From: an uncultured bacterium
GTDB lineage: Bacteria > Desulfobacterota_D > UBA1144 > Nemesobacterales > UBA2774
NCBI GenBank assembly: GCA_963825135.1
Contig: CAWGRW010000009.1
Coordinates: 2,240,001-2,304,000 of the forward strand
Reading direction: 5' to 3'
Length of the DNA stretch: 64,000 nucleotides
Both the position numbers and the translations under genes were made by a program. A model generated the notes under the pieces. It was given only the letters and a program-made list of their open reading frames with translations. It was not told where the DNA came from and did not search any database. Shown here piece after piece: positions 50,278 to 60,504 of this stretch (position 1 is the stretch's first letter; each line of letters begins with the position of its first letter).

Positions 50278-50655
50278 TTACGGCCGCTCGATGAGCTCGA
50301 TCTTGTACGAATCCGGGTCTTCGATAAAGGCGATGACTGTCGTCCCGTGCTTCATGGGCCCGGGGGGTCTGACGACTTTTCCCCCGGAAGCCTGTATCTT
50401 CTCGCAAGTGGCATATATGTCGTCCACCCCGAAGGCCATGTGGCCGTAACCGTTTCCCAGGTCATATTTATCCGTGCCCCAATTGTGAGTAAGCTCCAGT
50501 ATTTCCGGTTCGTTTTCGAGTCCCAGGAATACGAGCGTGAATTCCCCTTCCGGGTATTCCTTCTGTCTGTTGAGTTTGAACCCCAGCACTTCCGTATAGA
50601 ACTTTATCGATTTTTCGAGGTCCCCGACCCTTATCATCGTATGTAAAAAGCGCAT
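50278..50655 (-). CDS. gloA: Lactoylglutathione lyase
   Basis: [38 protein letters not shown]. Confidence 0.95.
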   Translation of the reverse strand: MRFLHTMIRVGDLEKSIKFYTEVLGFKLNRQKEYPEGEFTLVFLGLENEPEILELTHNWGTDKYDLGNGYGHMAFGVDDIYATCEKIQASGGKVVRPPGPMKHGTTVIAFIEDPDSYKIELIERP

Positions 50656-50915
50656 TTTTACCTCCGGTGTCTATTACTGTCCGCTAAAAAAGAGAAACTA
50701 GCACACGCTATGTATGAAGTCAAAGTTGGTGGAATCGGAAAAAGCGGTTCATATGTATATACAGAGAAATCATTTACGACATCATGCCGTGCGAAATATA
50801 TTGCGAGCGTATATTATTGAGATCAATAAACAATCTTCAATTCTACAATGCGTGGTATTCATTTGTTAACTGTGTTAAAATACTGTCTTAGTTTGATTCT
50901 TTTTCTGAGGAGGAT

Positions 50916-51857
50916 GTGGAAATGTCAAAGATCATACATTTTATCGTTGTCATTGCTGTTTTGGTTATTTCCGCCGGTGCAGCCCGGGCGGAGCTCTACG
51001 GCTTGGCGAACGAAGAAATTACGCAGATGTCTGAGACGAACGCGCCGAGGATAACCGTCATTGGGGAAAGCAGCCTCTATTTGATCGATCCCGATACGGG
51101 CGCCGCTACGTTAATAGGGCCGACCGGATTTTTTTTCTGCAATGCTCTCGATTTTCATCCGCTCACTAACGTGTTGTACGCCGGTTGTTTCAACGATATT
51201 GAAGGCTCGGGCACCGAGCAGGTGCTTGTGACTATAGATGTGCGGACTGGGAAAGGTACCGAGATCGGGCCTTTAAATGCCAATGGTTCATTGCAGGACT
51301 TTTCATTCGATGGTCACGGGACCCTGTTTGCATATTTTGTCGCCAAGCCCGGAAACTTTCTCGCGACCATCGATCTCGATACCGGAGAAGCGAGTGAGAT
51401 TGGTTCATCGGGGCTTTTCGGCGAAGGTAACGGAATCGGGTTCGGCCAGCAAAATGATCTGTTTCTTGCGCAGACCGATATGTTGCCCTCCCTCTATTTA
51501 TTGAATCCGTCATCAGGGCTAGCCAGCCTGGTAACGGACCTTACCGTCCCTCCGCTCGCTCAAGGTGTTCCGGTAATCAATTCGCTGGACTTGAACCCGG
51601 AAACAAATGTCATGTTCGGATCATTGGATATCGTCCAATTTTCTTATAGTAATTTTCTTATAACGATAGACACCTCGACCGGCCTGGTCACAGACGTCGG
51701 TGAAACCGTAGAAGGGTTAAAGGCCATTGCGTTCATCAATCCGAGATTGTCCAATATCCCGACGATGTCCGAGTACGGTATGGCCGCTGTCGGTCTCTCG
51801 CTATTATCTATTGCGGTATTCGTTTTGTACCGGCGCAAGAGGGTGGCGGCGGTTTAA
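50916..51857 (+). CDS. IPTL-CTERM-type sorted surface protein with propeller-like repeats
   Basis: Signal peptide; repeated L.xIDxxTG.xTxIG units; C-terminal NIPTMSEYG + TM + RRKR. Confidence 0.85.
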   Translation: MEMSKIIHFIVVIAVLVISAGAARAELYGLANEEITQMSETNAPRITVIGESSLYLIDPDTGAATLIGPTGFFFCNALDFHPLTNVLYAGCFNDIEGSGTEQVLVTIDVRTGKGTEIGPLNANGSLQDFSFDGHGTLFAYFVAKPGNFLATIDLDTGEASEIGSSGLFGEGNGIGFGQQNDLFLAQTDMLPSLYLLNPSSGLASLVTDLTVPPLAQGVPVINSLDLNPETNVMFGSLDIVQFSYSNFLITIDTSTGLVTDVGETVEGLKAIAFINPRLSNIPTMSEYGMAAVGLSLLSIAVFVLYRRKRVAAV

Positions 51858-51918
51858 AACTTGAACATGCAAACGACATGCCCGTACCGATGTTTGCGCG
51901 GGCGGGTGTGCCGGCATT

Positions 51919-52985
51919 TTATGGCTTAACCGCCGGTCTGTTTCTATTTGTATTGTCGCCGCTCTTCCGGAGTGTATCGCTTAAAATCGGGACGAGCCCG
52001 GCATGCATTGTCTCGGCGAGTAGTTTCTGACCCGGGTCGGAGAAGTGCCACTGGTCGTTAAACGTGGTCGCGGTCTCATCTTCAAAGCAATTGCCTGCGT
52101 CGATGTAATATATCTCATCTGCTTTCGCCATTTCCTCGAGCATCTTTCCAATGTGTTTATAAAGGGGGGTGATAGCTTTATCGTAATCCTTATTACTGAG
52201 TTCCACTATTCTCTTTTCGAGGTCAGTCTTAAATTTTTTCCCTCCGGGGAACGGCTGTCTGACAATGACTGTCGGTATCCCGTTACGCTCCGCAATCCGA
52301 GCCGCCGTTTTCATATTCAGGATGTAGTCGGAGGCATCCGTTTGTCTAAGCTGCCCTTTGACCGTCAAGTCGTTAAGACCGTTTACGAATACAACTACGT
52401 CCGGCTTAACGTCAAGTCCTTTAAATACAAAGGAGCCCAGGTCTGTAATGCTGGTGGAACCGTAAGCGGCGAGCACGGATATCTTCGTATCGGGGTATTC
52501 ATACTTCAGCATGTCGTACAGTATTGCGAAATATGTATTCGCTATATCGGAGGCGCCTGCCCCCCAGGCTACGCTTCCTCCGACGATCAATATGTGAGGG
52601 TAGGGGTTCGCGCTTTGCCCACGGTCTGCATCCCGTTACCGTCCAGCTCTATTCTCCCCGGCACGAACATCTTGAAATTGCAATCCGATGCGGCGCATTT
52701 AAGCGGGGTCACCGCCTCGCCCGTAAGCCCCTCCCTCGGCCCGTCCGGCGGCACCCGGAGCCCCCTTTCCGAAAAGCTCGCATTCCAGGCCCTTTCCCGG
52801 AGCTTGTATCCGCCCGGAAGGCCCTCGGGTTTCAGGCCGCCAAAGCTGCTTATTACCGAGAACCTGTCACCGGCTGGAATCAGTCTGATCAGCATCTCGA
52901 TTGCGCCTATGGATAGTACGACCGCGATCAGTGCGAGTATTAATCTGGATATTCGGGACCCGAAGAATTTAGTCTTGCTCTGCAT
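51919..52985 (-). CDS. SGNH/GDSL hydrolase; frameshift near 52590
   Basis: N-terminal anchor ORF 52587-52985 joins GGSVAWG...GLND...DQWHF ORF 51919-52590. Confidence 0.75.
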
Positions 52986-53006
52986 TCTCGTCAGCGGGAA
53001 TCTCGA

Positions 53007-53453
53007 TTAAAAGACAGTCTCGTTCCCGACGAGGATCTTGGCTTCGAGCGTGGCGAGGATTTTTTCGTCCATATTCCTGATCTCCCCCGAAAGAGCAACC
53101 AGACCTCCGTTGAGCTTCGGCTTCTCGTCGAGCTCCTTTACGGTCCATTCCATCGTTATTGTATCGTTGATGTAAACGGGGGCGGTGAATTTGATCGAAG
53201 CCTCGACTGTCGAGATGTCCGTATCGTGGAATACCTTGCTGTAGACCCCCACGATCAGGCTGAAGGTGAGCGCGCCGTGCACAATCCTCCTGCCGAACCT
53301 CGAATTCTTCATGTCGGGCTCGTTCGTATGGAGCGCGTTGTAATCGTTAAAAAGCCCTGCCGCTTTTACGACATGGGTTTCGGTGATGGTGATTCTTTCG
53401 GATAATTTGTCTCCGACCTTGAGTTCGTTAAAAGCTCTGCCTATTCTGGGCAT
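53007..53453 (-). CDS. MaoC family dehydratase
   Basis: DYNALHTN, FGRRIVHG, FTAPVYINDTI. Confidence 0.9.
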   Translation of the reverse strand: MPRIGRAFNELKVGDKLSERITITETHVVKAAGLFNDYNALHTNEPDMKNSRFGRRIVHGALTFSLIVGVYSKVFHDTDISTVEASIKFTAPVYINDTITMEWTVKELDEKPKLNGGLVALSGEIRNMDEKILATLEAKILVGNETVF

Positions 53454-53503
53454 GGCGTCCTCCTGTGATCATAACCGTGCGACTCGGCGAATAATTGTAT
53501 ATA

Positions 53504-54109
53504 TTATATAGATTTTCTATCCTTTATAGCCTTGCTTAATGTTATTTCGTCAATATATTCTATATCCCCTCCCATCGGGATTCCGTGGGCGATCCTGCTG
53601 ACACTGACGCCCATCGGTTTTATCAGCCTGGCGAGATAGAGGGACGTCGCTTCGCCTTCGACGCTCGGGTTAGTCGCGATTATCAGCTCACCGACGCGGT
53701 TGTCATCGAGCCGCTGCAGGAGCTCCTTGATCCTCAGGTCCTCGGGCCCGATACCCTCGATCGGGGACAGCACTCCGTGCAGGATGTGGTATACGCCCCT
53801 GAACTCCCTGCTTCTTTCTATCGCGAGCTGGTCGAGGGGGTCTTCCACTACACAGATCACGGAATGGTCCCTCCCTTCGTCGCTGCAGAGCTCACAGGGA
53901 GAGCCGGTTGCGAAATTAAAACACGTCTCGCACAATACCACGTTCGTCTTCGTATCGATGATGGCCTTCGACAGGTTTTCCGCTGTTTCCCTGGGAGACC
54001 TGAATATGTGGAACGCGAGCCTGGTCGCGTTCTTTTCGCCGATTCCGGGGAGTTTAGAAAGCTCGTTAATAAGCCTAGCTATAGATTCCGGTATGCCTTT
54101 TTGAAGCAT
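53504..54109 (-). CDS. recR: Recombination protein RecR
   Basis: LPGIGEKNA, C4 finger, ICVVE, EGEAT, RIAHGIPMGG. Confidence 0.97.
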   Translation of the reverse strand: MLQKGIPESIARLINELSKLPGIGEKNATRLAFHIFRSPRETAENLSKAIIDTKTNVVLCETCFNFATGSPCELCSDEGRDHSVICVVEDPLDQLAIERSREFRGVYHILHGVLSPIEGIGPEDLRIKELLQRLDDNRVGELIIATNPSVEGEATSLYLARLIKPMGVSVSRIAHGIPMGGDIEYIDEITLSKAIKDRKSI

Positions 54110-54112
54110 GGA

Positions 54113-54439
54113 TTATATGAGACCGGGGGGCAATCCCAGACCCCCTGCCAGTTTTGCGACCTCGTCCTTCATCAGATCCTGTCCCCGGCCGAGCGCTTCG
54201 TTTACGGCGGCGGTAACGAGGTCCTGGAGCATGTCGATATCGTCGTCCTTTACAATCTCGGGTTCTATCTTAATGGAAACTATCTCCCCCTTCGCTTTTG
54301 CGATAACGGTCACCATACCGCCGCCCGCGGAGGCTTCAACCATTTTCTCGCCCGCCTCGGCCTGGAGTTTTTCCATCTGCTCTTTCATCTTGTTTGCTTG
54401 TTTTAACAGGTTCTTAATGTTGCCGCCCCCGAATTTCAT
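54113..54439 (-). CDS. ybaB: Nucleoid-associated protein YbaB/EbfC
   Basis: SAGGGMVTV, MLQDLVTAAVNEA; between dnaX and recR. Confidence 0.95.
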   Translation of the reverse strand: MKFGGGNIKNLLKQANKMKEQMEKLQAEAGEKMVEASAGGGMVTVIAKAKGEIVSIKIEPEIVKDDDIDMLQDLVTAAVNEALGRGQDLMKDEVAKLAGGLGLPPGLI

Positions 54440-54443
54440 GGTG

Positions 54444-56099
54444 TTACTCCTTTTGTTTGGGTTTTACACTTACGACTCTGCCCCCGAATATTTCTATTGC
54501 GTCCTTGAGCATAGGGTCGTTCTGGATTTTCTTCTTGTTTTCGCTTCTATCGCTCCTTCCGCCCCCTGTTTCGCCCGCCGAAGCGGTAACGTCTTCCGCT
54601 ATTTCCAGGCTCATCTCCCCGGAATAACACTCTTTCAAGTAATTCCTGAGCTCGTCCTGCGTTTCCTTTTTACCGAAGTGCTGGGAGTGTATACGGCTGC
54701 CGAATGTGACCCTGAACAAACCGTCCGTTACCTTGATTTCCTTCGCCTGCTCGAGCCTCGTGCCCATAATCGCATTCCTGGATTTAATGAATTTAATCAC
54801 CGACCCGGTGTCCCCCGTTTCCGCCTTGGGTTTATTCGCGGGCGCCTGAACCCCGCTTGCCGGGGGCGTTGTAACCGGCTTATCCTCGGCCGCGTCCTGT
54901 CTTTTCTGATAATCCCCGCGGGGCTCGTCGAGACGCCCCCTGGGCTCTCCCCCCGTCTTGATCGATCCCGACAGTGTTTCGAGTCTCTTTATTATGTTTT
55001 CCAGGGGTACTGTTCTTTCGAGAGTCGAGAGTTTTATTAACAGGAATTCGAGCGCCATCTGAGGGTAAAATGATCTGTGAATGCCCTCTGCCCCTTCAAG
55101 CATGATGTTAAAGAGGGACTCGAGACTCTCTACCGTCTCACTCGACGTGATACCCGCAATTTCGTTCTTGTCCTCCTCCGATAGCTCGGCGACCGCGTCC
55201 TTGCCGCAGGTCTTGAGCAGAAGGGCATACCTGAATACCCTCAGCAGGTCTTCGGCAAATCGTTTCGGATTAATTCCCTTTTCGATTGCCCTGTTGAATG
55301 ATTCGATACAGGCTTTGGGGCTTTTATCGATTACCCCCTCGATTGCGGAATTGAGGAGCTTCCGGTCCAGTATCCCGAGCACCCTGATCGCGTCCTCGTG
55401 TGCGATCCTGTCGCCGAAAGTCGCAAGGAGCTGATCCATAAGGCTGAGCGCGTCCCTCATGCTTCCGTCGGCTTCCTGAGCTACGACATAGAGGGTCTCC
55501 TCTCCCACCCCGATGTTCTCCTGCGCCGTTATCGAAACGAGGCTCTCTTTTATCTTTTCTACCGGCACCTTCCTGAAATCGTACCTCTGGCACCTCGAGA
55601 GGATCGTTACCGGGATCTTATGCGCCTCGGTCGTGGCCAGTATGAAGAGTACGTGGGGCGGGGGCTCCTCGAGGGTTTTGAGGAGGGCGTTGAACGCCGA
55701 TTGGGAAAGCATATGCGCTTCGTCGATTATGTATATCTTGTATTTTCCTGATGCTGGGAGGTATTTTACATTTTCGATAATCTCCCTAACGTCGTTCACC
55801 CCTGTATGTGAGGCGGCGTCGATTTCGATTACATCGAGCGATTTTCCCTCGGCTATCTCCCTGCAGAATACGCATTCCGAACATGGTTCCGGAGTCGGCC
55901 CGCTCTGACAGTTAAGCGCTTTGGCGAGTATCCTGGCTGTCGAAGTCTTACCTACTCCCCTGGGTCCGGAAAATACGAACGCGTGAGCTATTTTCCCGGT
56001 GGATACGGCGTTCTTGAGGCTCAGGGTTACGTTTTCCTGGCTTACAATATCCTCGAAGGTCTGAGGTCTCCATTTTCTAGCGAGTACCAGGTAGGACAT
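54444..56099 (-). CDS. dnaX: DNA polymerase III subunit gamma/tau
   Basis: MSYLVLARKWRPQTF, GPRGVGKT, EIDAAS, DEAHML, SRCQ. Confidence 0.98.
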   Translation of the reverse strand: MSYLVLARKWRPQTFEDIVSQENVTLSLKNAVSTGKIAHAFVFSGPRGVGKTSTARILAKALNCQSGPTPEPCSECVFCREIAEGKSLDVIEIDAASHTGVNDVREIIENVKYLPASGKYKIYIIDEAHMLSQSAFNALLKTLEEPPPHVLFILATTEAHKIPVTILSRCQRYDFRKVPVEKIKESLVSITAQENIGVGEETLYVVAQEADGSMRDALSLMDQLLATFGDRIAHEDAIRVLGILDRKLLNSAIEGVIDKSPKACIESFNRAIEKGINPKRFAEDLLRVFRYALLLKTCGKDAVAELSEEDKNEIAGITSSETVESLESLFNIMLEGAEGIHRSFYPQMALEFLLIKLSTLERTVPLENIIKRLETLSGSIKTGGEPRGRLDEPRGDYQKRQDAAEDKPVTTPPASGVQAPANKPKAETGDTGSVIKFIKSRNAIMGTRLEQAKEIKVTDGLFRVTFGSRIHSQHFGKKETQDELRNYLKECYSGEMSLEIAEDVTASAGETGGGRSDRSENKKKIQNDPMLKDAIEIFGGRVVSVKPKQKE

Positions 56100-56112
56100 C
56101 TGTCACCTTAGA

Positions 56113-56220
56113 ACCAGCTAGTCAGGTTCTCCGCAACGCTCAGGAGGGTTTGTTACCGTTGCTCCCTTCCGGGCCTGGCGGGGTTCACAAGCTCCTGCCG
56201 TACGGACCTGACTAACTGGT
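56113..56220 (-). ncRNA. ffs: Signal recognition particle RNA (small bacterial type)
   Basis: Long hairpin with helix 8 CAGGCCC-GGAA-GGGAGCAAC; typical position upstream of dnaX. Confidence 0.93.
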
Positions 56221-56356
56221 AAATTTATTGAAACTAATATTGCCCGACGAGCTTTTCCTATATTATAAAATACCCGATAGATTATATCTATTTCTTGATA
56301 TAATCTCTGTGCCCCCCGTCTATACCCTGAATCCGCGTAATAGATCGGTTGAATAC

Positions 56357-56448
<92 letters not shown>

Positions 56449-56555
56449 GGTTGTAAAATGGAATTTAACAAGATTCTAACATCTTGGAAAAATTCTTCAA
56501 AAGATAAAGCGATCGGGGCTCATTCCATGGCATGTTCCCCGCGTGGTCTGTCCGT

Positions 56556-56762
56556 TTAGTCCTGATTATCCTGTTCTTCCGGGTACTGCAGTCCTTCCGA
56601 ATACGTAGTGTCCACCGATTCCGGCTCCGTCGGCGAATCCAGCGCCTTGCCCGGATCGTCGATCGTTCCCGGTTCGACACTGGCGCACGAGGTCATCATC
56701 GGCAATAAAATCAGCGCGACGAGTCCCAAAGGCTTTATTATGTCAGATAGTATCTTATTCAT
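56556..56762 (-). CDS. Small acidic lipoprotein
   Basis: GAGGG SD; hydrophobic signal ending MTSC; D/E/P-rich tail. Confidence 0.6.
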   Translation of the reverse strand: MNKILSDIIKPLGLVALILLPMMTSCASVEPGTIDDPGKALDSPTEPESVDTTYSEGLQYPEEQDNQD

Positions 56763-56856
56763 TTTTTCCCTCTTGTCTCATTTGTTATTAGGGCCGAATT
56801 GAAATAAATATATACCAAAATAAAGGAAACGAGAGGTAATATTTTAGGGCTTATCC

Positions 56857-56892
56857 GATAACGGGCTCGAGCCGGGGCTAAGGCCCGTTATC
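56857..56892 (-). terminator. Hairpin downstream of cytochrome c gene
   Basis: gataacgggc...gcccgttatc 10-bp arms; no clear U-tract. Confidence 0.45.
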
Positions 56893-56899
56893 CCCGTCA

Positions 56900-57286
56900 T
56901 TATTTCGCTTTATACTGGCACTTGCAGATGTCCTGTCTGATGTACGCTATCACGTTCCAGATATCCTGCTCGGAAAGCGTTCCGCCCCATGCGGCCATCA
57001 TGGGGGAGAGCCCTACGGAGGCCCCGCCTTCACTGATGACTTTATAGAGGTGATCGTCCGTCTTTGTCGATAGATATGCCGCATCAGTCAGGTTTCTCGG
57101 CTTCGGGTCGAGCGCTGCTGCCGCAGCCCCGTCTCCCTTGCCTTCAGGCCCGTGACAGGCAGCGCAGGTATTTTGAAACGTCTCCTTACCCTTAGCCGCG
57201 TCCCCTTTTTCAGCTGCCGAAACGGCCGACAGCGAAAACACCGTGAAAGACGCCAAAACAAGCATCGAATATACAAATCTTCTCAT
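56900..57286 (-). CDS. Monoheme cytochrome c
   Basis: Signal peptide, CAACHG, GDG..AAALDPKPRNL, MMAAW, WNVIAYIR. Confidence 0.92.
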   Translation of the reverse strand: MRRFVYSMLVLASFTVFSLSAVSAAEKGDAAKGKETFQNTCAACHGPEGKGDGAAAAALDPKPRNLTDAAYLSTKTDDHLYKVISEGGASVGLSPMMAAWGGTLSEQDIWNVIAYIRQDICKCQYKAK

Positions 57287-57428
57287 TTCAGATCCTCCCG
57301 AATTCTGTAGACGAGATTAACGACAATCTATTTTAACTGTAATATATGTTTTGTATAGATGGGGGAGTATTGCCTGAGGACCTGCGGAATGTGATAATGG
57401 AGAGCGAAACATATATCGGGAGGGTCAT

Positions 57429-58183
57429 ATGGATTTTGTAAACCTATCGATTCATGAAGGTATAGCGACGGTAACGATTAAGAGGCCTAAAGTGAACGCT
57501 ATAAACGAGCAGGTCGTATCGGAATTGAGGGACGTCTTCCGGGATCTCGCTCTGAATACACAGGTAAAAGCCGTCATATTGACTGGCAAGGGGAGCTTCT
57601 TTTCGTTCGGGTTCGATATACCCGGGTTCATGAATTATTCTAAGGAAGAATTTCACAGGTTTGTCATGAGCTTTTCCGAGCTCGTACTAGCGTATTTTTG
57701 CCTTTGAGAAACCTGTAATCGCCGCACTTAACGGGCATACCGTCGCAGGCGGCTGTATTCTCGCCATAGCCTGCGACCGGAGGGTCATGGTCACGGGGAA
57801 GGCAAAGATCGCATTAAACGAGATCACGATCGGGGCCGCAATATTTACGAGCATTGCTGAGACTTCTGAAGTTCACAGTCGGCTCCGGGAACGCTCAGCG
57901 GATTCTCTATTCGGGAAAAATGCATTCTGCGGATGAGGCCCTGACCCTCGGCCTTGTTGACGAAGTGCAATCAGAAGAAGGGTTCGATGGCGCCGTGCTT
58001 CGGGCCGCCGGAGAGCTTGCGGAGAGGGATGGAGAGGCGTTCGGGAGCGTAAAGAGGCTTCTGAGGAAGGACGCCCTCGATAGGATAGAGAGAGACGAAA
58101 GAGGTTCCGTTTCGGATTTCGTCGATATTTGGTACTCTCAAAGTACATGGGATAAGTTAAAGAAGATAGAAATCCGCGGTTAG
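57429..58183 (+). CDS. Enoyl-CoA hydratase/isomerase; two frameshifts (near 57700 and 57850)
   Basis: KVNAIN, FSFGFD; middle frame KPVIAALNGHTVAGGCILAIACDRR...LNE; EALTLGLVDE. Confidence 0.88.
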
Positions 58184-58220
58184 TAATCCGGATCTATTTC
58201 TAAGGGCATATCGTATCCGA

Positions 58221-58763
58221 ATGATAAAAAAGTGGGAAATCGTCAAAACTGAACCCCTCGGGTCTAACAGGGTATTTTCGACAAGGAAAGATACCAGCGT
58301 ATCACCGATTACCGGGGAGGAGCACGAATTCTTCGTGATAGAGGCCCCTGACTGGGTGAACATCGTTGCGGTCACGGACGAGGGCGAGGTGCTGCTTATC
58401 AGACAGTACAGGCACGGTACCGGGGCTGAGACGATTGAGATTCCCGGCGGTGTTATTGACCCCGGGGAGACCCCGCTCGAAGCAGCCAGGAGGGAGCTCC
58501 TCGAAGAGACGGGTTATATCTCGGATGACTGGACCTGCATAGGAGAGGTCGTTCCGAATCCGGCCATCCAGAACAATACCTGCTATACCTTCCTTGCCTC
58601 AAGCGCGCGGAGGGGGGAAGAACCGAGCTTCGATACCACGGAATATATCGTCACTCTGAGTGTGCCTGTAGAGGACATTCCCGGGATTGTTTCGAAGAAG
58701 CTGATTACACATTCACTAGTAATCTCGGCATTTTACTGGTTTTGCCTCCATAATCGTAAATGA
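58221..58763 (+). CDS. NUDIX hydrolase (ADP-ribose pyrophosphatase-like)
   Basis: QYRH, EIPGG...EAARRELLEETGY Nudix box. Confidence 0.93.
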   Translation: MIKKWEIVKTEPLGSNRVFSTRKDTSVSPITGEEHEFFVIEAPDWVNIVAVTDEGEVLLIRQYRHGTGAETIEIPGGVIDPGETPLEAARRELLEETGYISDDWTCIGEVVPNPAIQNNTCYTFLASSARRGEEPSFDTTEYIVTLSVPVEDIPGIVSKKLITHSLVISAFYWFCLHNRK

Positions 58764-58912
58764 TTCCGTACATCCCGGCTCAAGCCACTCATCAAAATTC
58801 TTAAGAATCAGGTTTAAGTGTTATTATGGGCATGCTTTATATATTAATTTTTAACGTTGAGTATTCGTTCCGGCGGGTGTATATTTATAGTGAGCATTTG
58901 AGGAGGCAGAAT

Positions 58913-59518
58913 ATGTCCCGCTCTATATTCATGACATTATGCGTTCTCTGCACCACTTTATATCTGAATCCCTCTATTGTATTTGCGCAAGCGGCTCCTG
59001 CGCCGGCTCCTGCGCCTGCACCGGCCCCGGCTGCGCCCCCGGTCCCCGCTGATTTTCCCTCATACATGGTCACCCCTAGCGAGGATTTGAACCCCTACGA
59101 TCTATCCACAATGCAGAAGAGCACCCAGACGGGGGATAGAAACGGCGTCGGGACACTAGGCACATCGGTTGAGCGTACGAGCAACATTGAAGTCAACGAG
59201 GCGCTCCAGAAGAGCAGGCAGGAGAGAATGAAGGCGGCCGAGGAGGCCAAGGCGAAAGAAGCAAGCGAGTCCGGCGACACACGGGGAGAGGAATCGGTTT
59301 CCGCTGACGAAGGTGCGCCGGCCAACCCGCCTCAGCTTGGAGATTCCGCAAAGGATCTGGAAACACCCGGCGTGAGGGGAGGGCTCTTCACCTGGACTGA
59401 CGATCGTGGGGTGCTCCATGCGACGAACGACATAGGTCAGGTGCCGATAAAGTATCAGGTCGAGGCGCTCGGGAATTCCGACAAGATAAAATTAAATAAG
59501 GGCTCTGTCGATAAGTAG
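58913..59518 (+). CDS. Secreted protein with Ala-Pro repeats and C-terminal DUF4124-like motif
   Basis: GAGGAGG SD; (AP)n tract; FTWTDDRGVLHATND...P.KY. Confidence 0.7.
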   Translation: MSRSIFMTLCVLCTTLYLNPSIVFAQAAPAPAPAPAPAPAAPPVPADFPSYMVTPSEDLNPYDLSTMQKSTQTGDRNGVGTLGTSVERTSNIEVNEALQKSRQERMKAAEEAKAKEASESGDTRGEESVSADEGAPANPPQLGDSAKDLETPGVRGGLFTWTDDRGVLHATNDIGQVPIKYQVEALGNSDKIKLNKGSVDK

Positions 59519-59530
59519 CGGCGCTGTCCG

Positions 59531-59806
59531 CTATTTTTTGTTCTTGGCTTTATTTTCCTTATCAGTAATCTCGGTGACCTTTTCTTCCAGGCTTTCCATT
59601 TTAGCGGAGAGTCTTTTTATCTGGCCCTCAAGGATGTAAAGGGTATCGTTAGTGCTTTCAAGCCGCTTTAACAGAATAACTCCGAGCCCGACAAGCGGGG
59701 CGACAATGAATATAAGCTGAAAAAGGTAACCGGGACCGTTCTCCGAGCAGCCGCTCAGGAATAGGCCGGTGTATATTATTGCGGTCAATATTAATACGTT
59801 TCTCAT
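59531..59806 (-). CDS. Small lipoprotein-like membrane protein with coiled coil
   Basis: GGAGGA SD; lipobox LSGC, second TM, heptad-like tail. Confidence 0.65.
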   Translation of the reverse strand: MRNVLILTAIIYTGLFLSGCSENGPGYLFQLIFIVAPLVGLGVILLKRLESTNDTLYILEGQIKRLSAKMESLEEKVTEITDKENKAKNKK

Positions 59807-59873
59807 GATCCAATCCTCCTTCTGGTTTAATATAACAGTTATTTTACCTGAGTAATTAACCTGTTATCCCGAA

Positions 59874-60497
59874 TCATTTTTTGTTTCTGAACTTCATGTA
59901 ATGGATTTGCCTCCCCTCCGCCCTGAATTCCTTTTCGTAACTTGTTTCCGTCCGGTCGGGGATATCCGAAATATAGCCCGGTTCGGGGTATACGGTATCA
60001 AACATAGCTATATTTCTCATTGTGTCCAGGGTGTTCAGCACATATTCCCCGTGATCGCTCGCGATCTCCAGATCGGCTCCCTGTTTCATGATTCCCGAGA
60101 GCTTCTTCAGGAATCCCCGGTTGATGATTCTGTGCTGTTTATGCCTGTCCTTGGGCCAGGGGTCGGGGAAATTGATGTATGCAGTCGAGAACGAGTCCGG
60201 CCGGAATATTTCCCCCGCCGCTATCTCCGCGTCCATGTGAATGAACCTTACGTTCACGGCCCTCTGCCGCCGCGCGCGCTTTACCGCCTTGTTAAACCTT
60301 CTCTTCTTTATCTCCAGCCCCAGGAAATTGTTCCCCGGGTTCCTGAGGGCACTCTCGATCAGAAAATCCCCGTCCCCGAATCCTATTTCGAGCAGACAAT
60401 CGTTTCCGTTGCCGAACACCGCCTTCAGATCGAGCGGTAAAAGGCGGAGCGATATATCGAGTCCGGGATTGATTACGTCCGAGTTGTCGGTTTTCAC
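59874..60497 (-). CDS. trmB: tRNA (guanine-N7)-methyltransferase
   Basis: LEIGFGDG, GLEI, NFPDPWPKDRH..HR, ASD, TSYEKEF; probable GTG start at 60497. Confidence 0.94.
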   Translation of the reverse strand: MKTDNSDVINPGLDISLRLLPLDLKAVFGNGNDCLLEIGFGDGDFLIESALRNPGNNFLGLEIKKRRFNKAVKRARRQRAVNVRFIHMDAEIAAGEIFRPDSFSTAYINFPDPWPKDRHKQHRIINRGFLKKLSGIMKQGADLEIASDHGEYVLNTLDTMRNIAMFDTVYPEPGYISDIPDRTETSYEKEFRAEGRQIHYMKFRNKK

Positions 60498-60504
60498 GCT
60501 GATT

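Noticed and set aside
58990..59040. Short tandem DNA repeat
   Set aside because: It encodes the Ala-Pro linker with varied codons; not a contingency locus.
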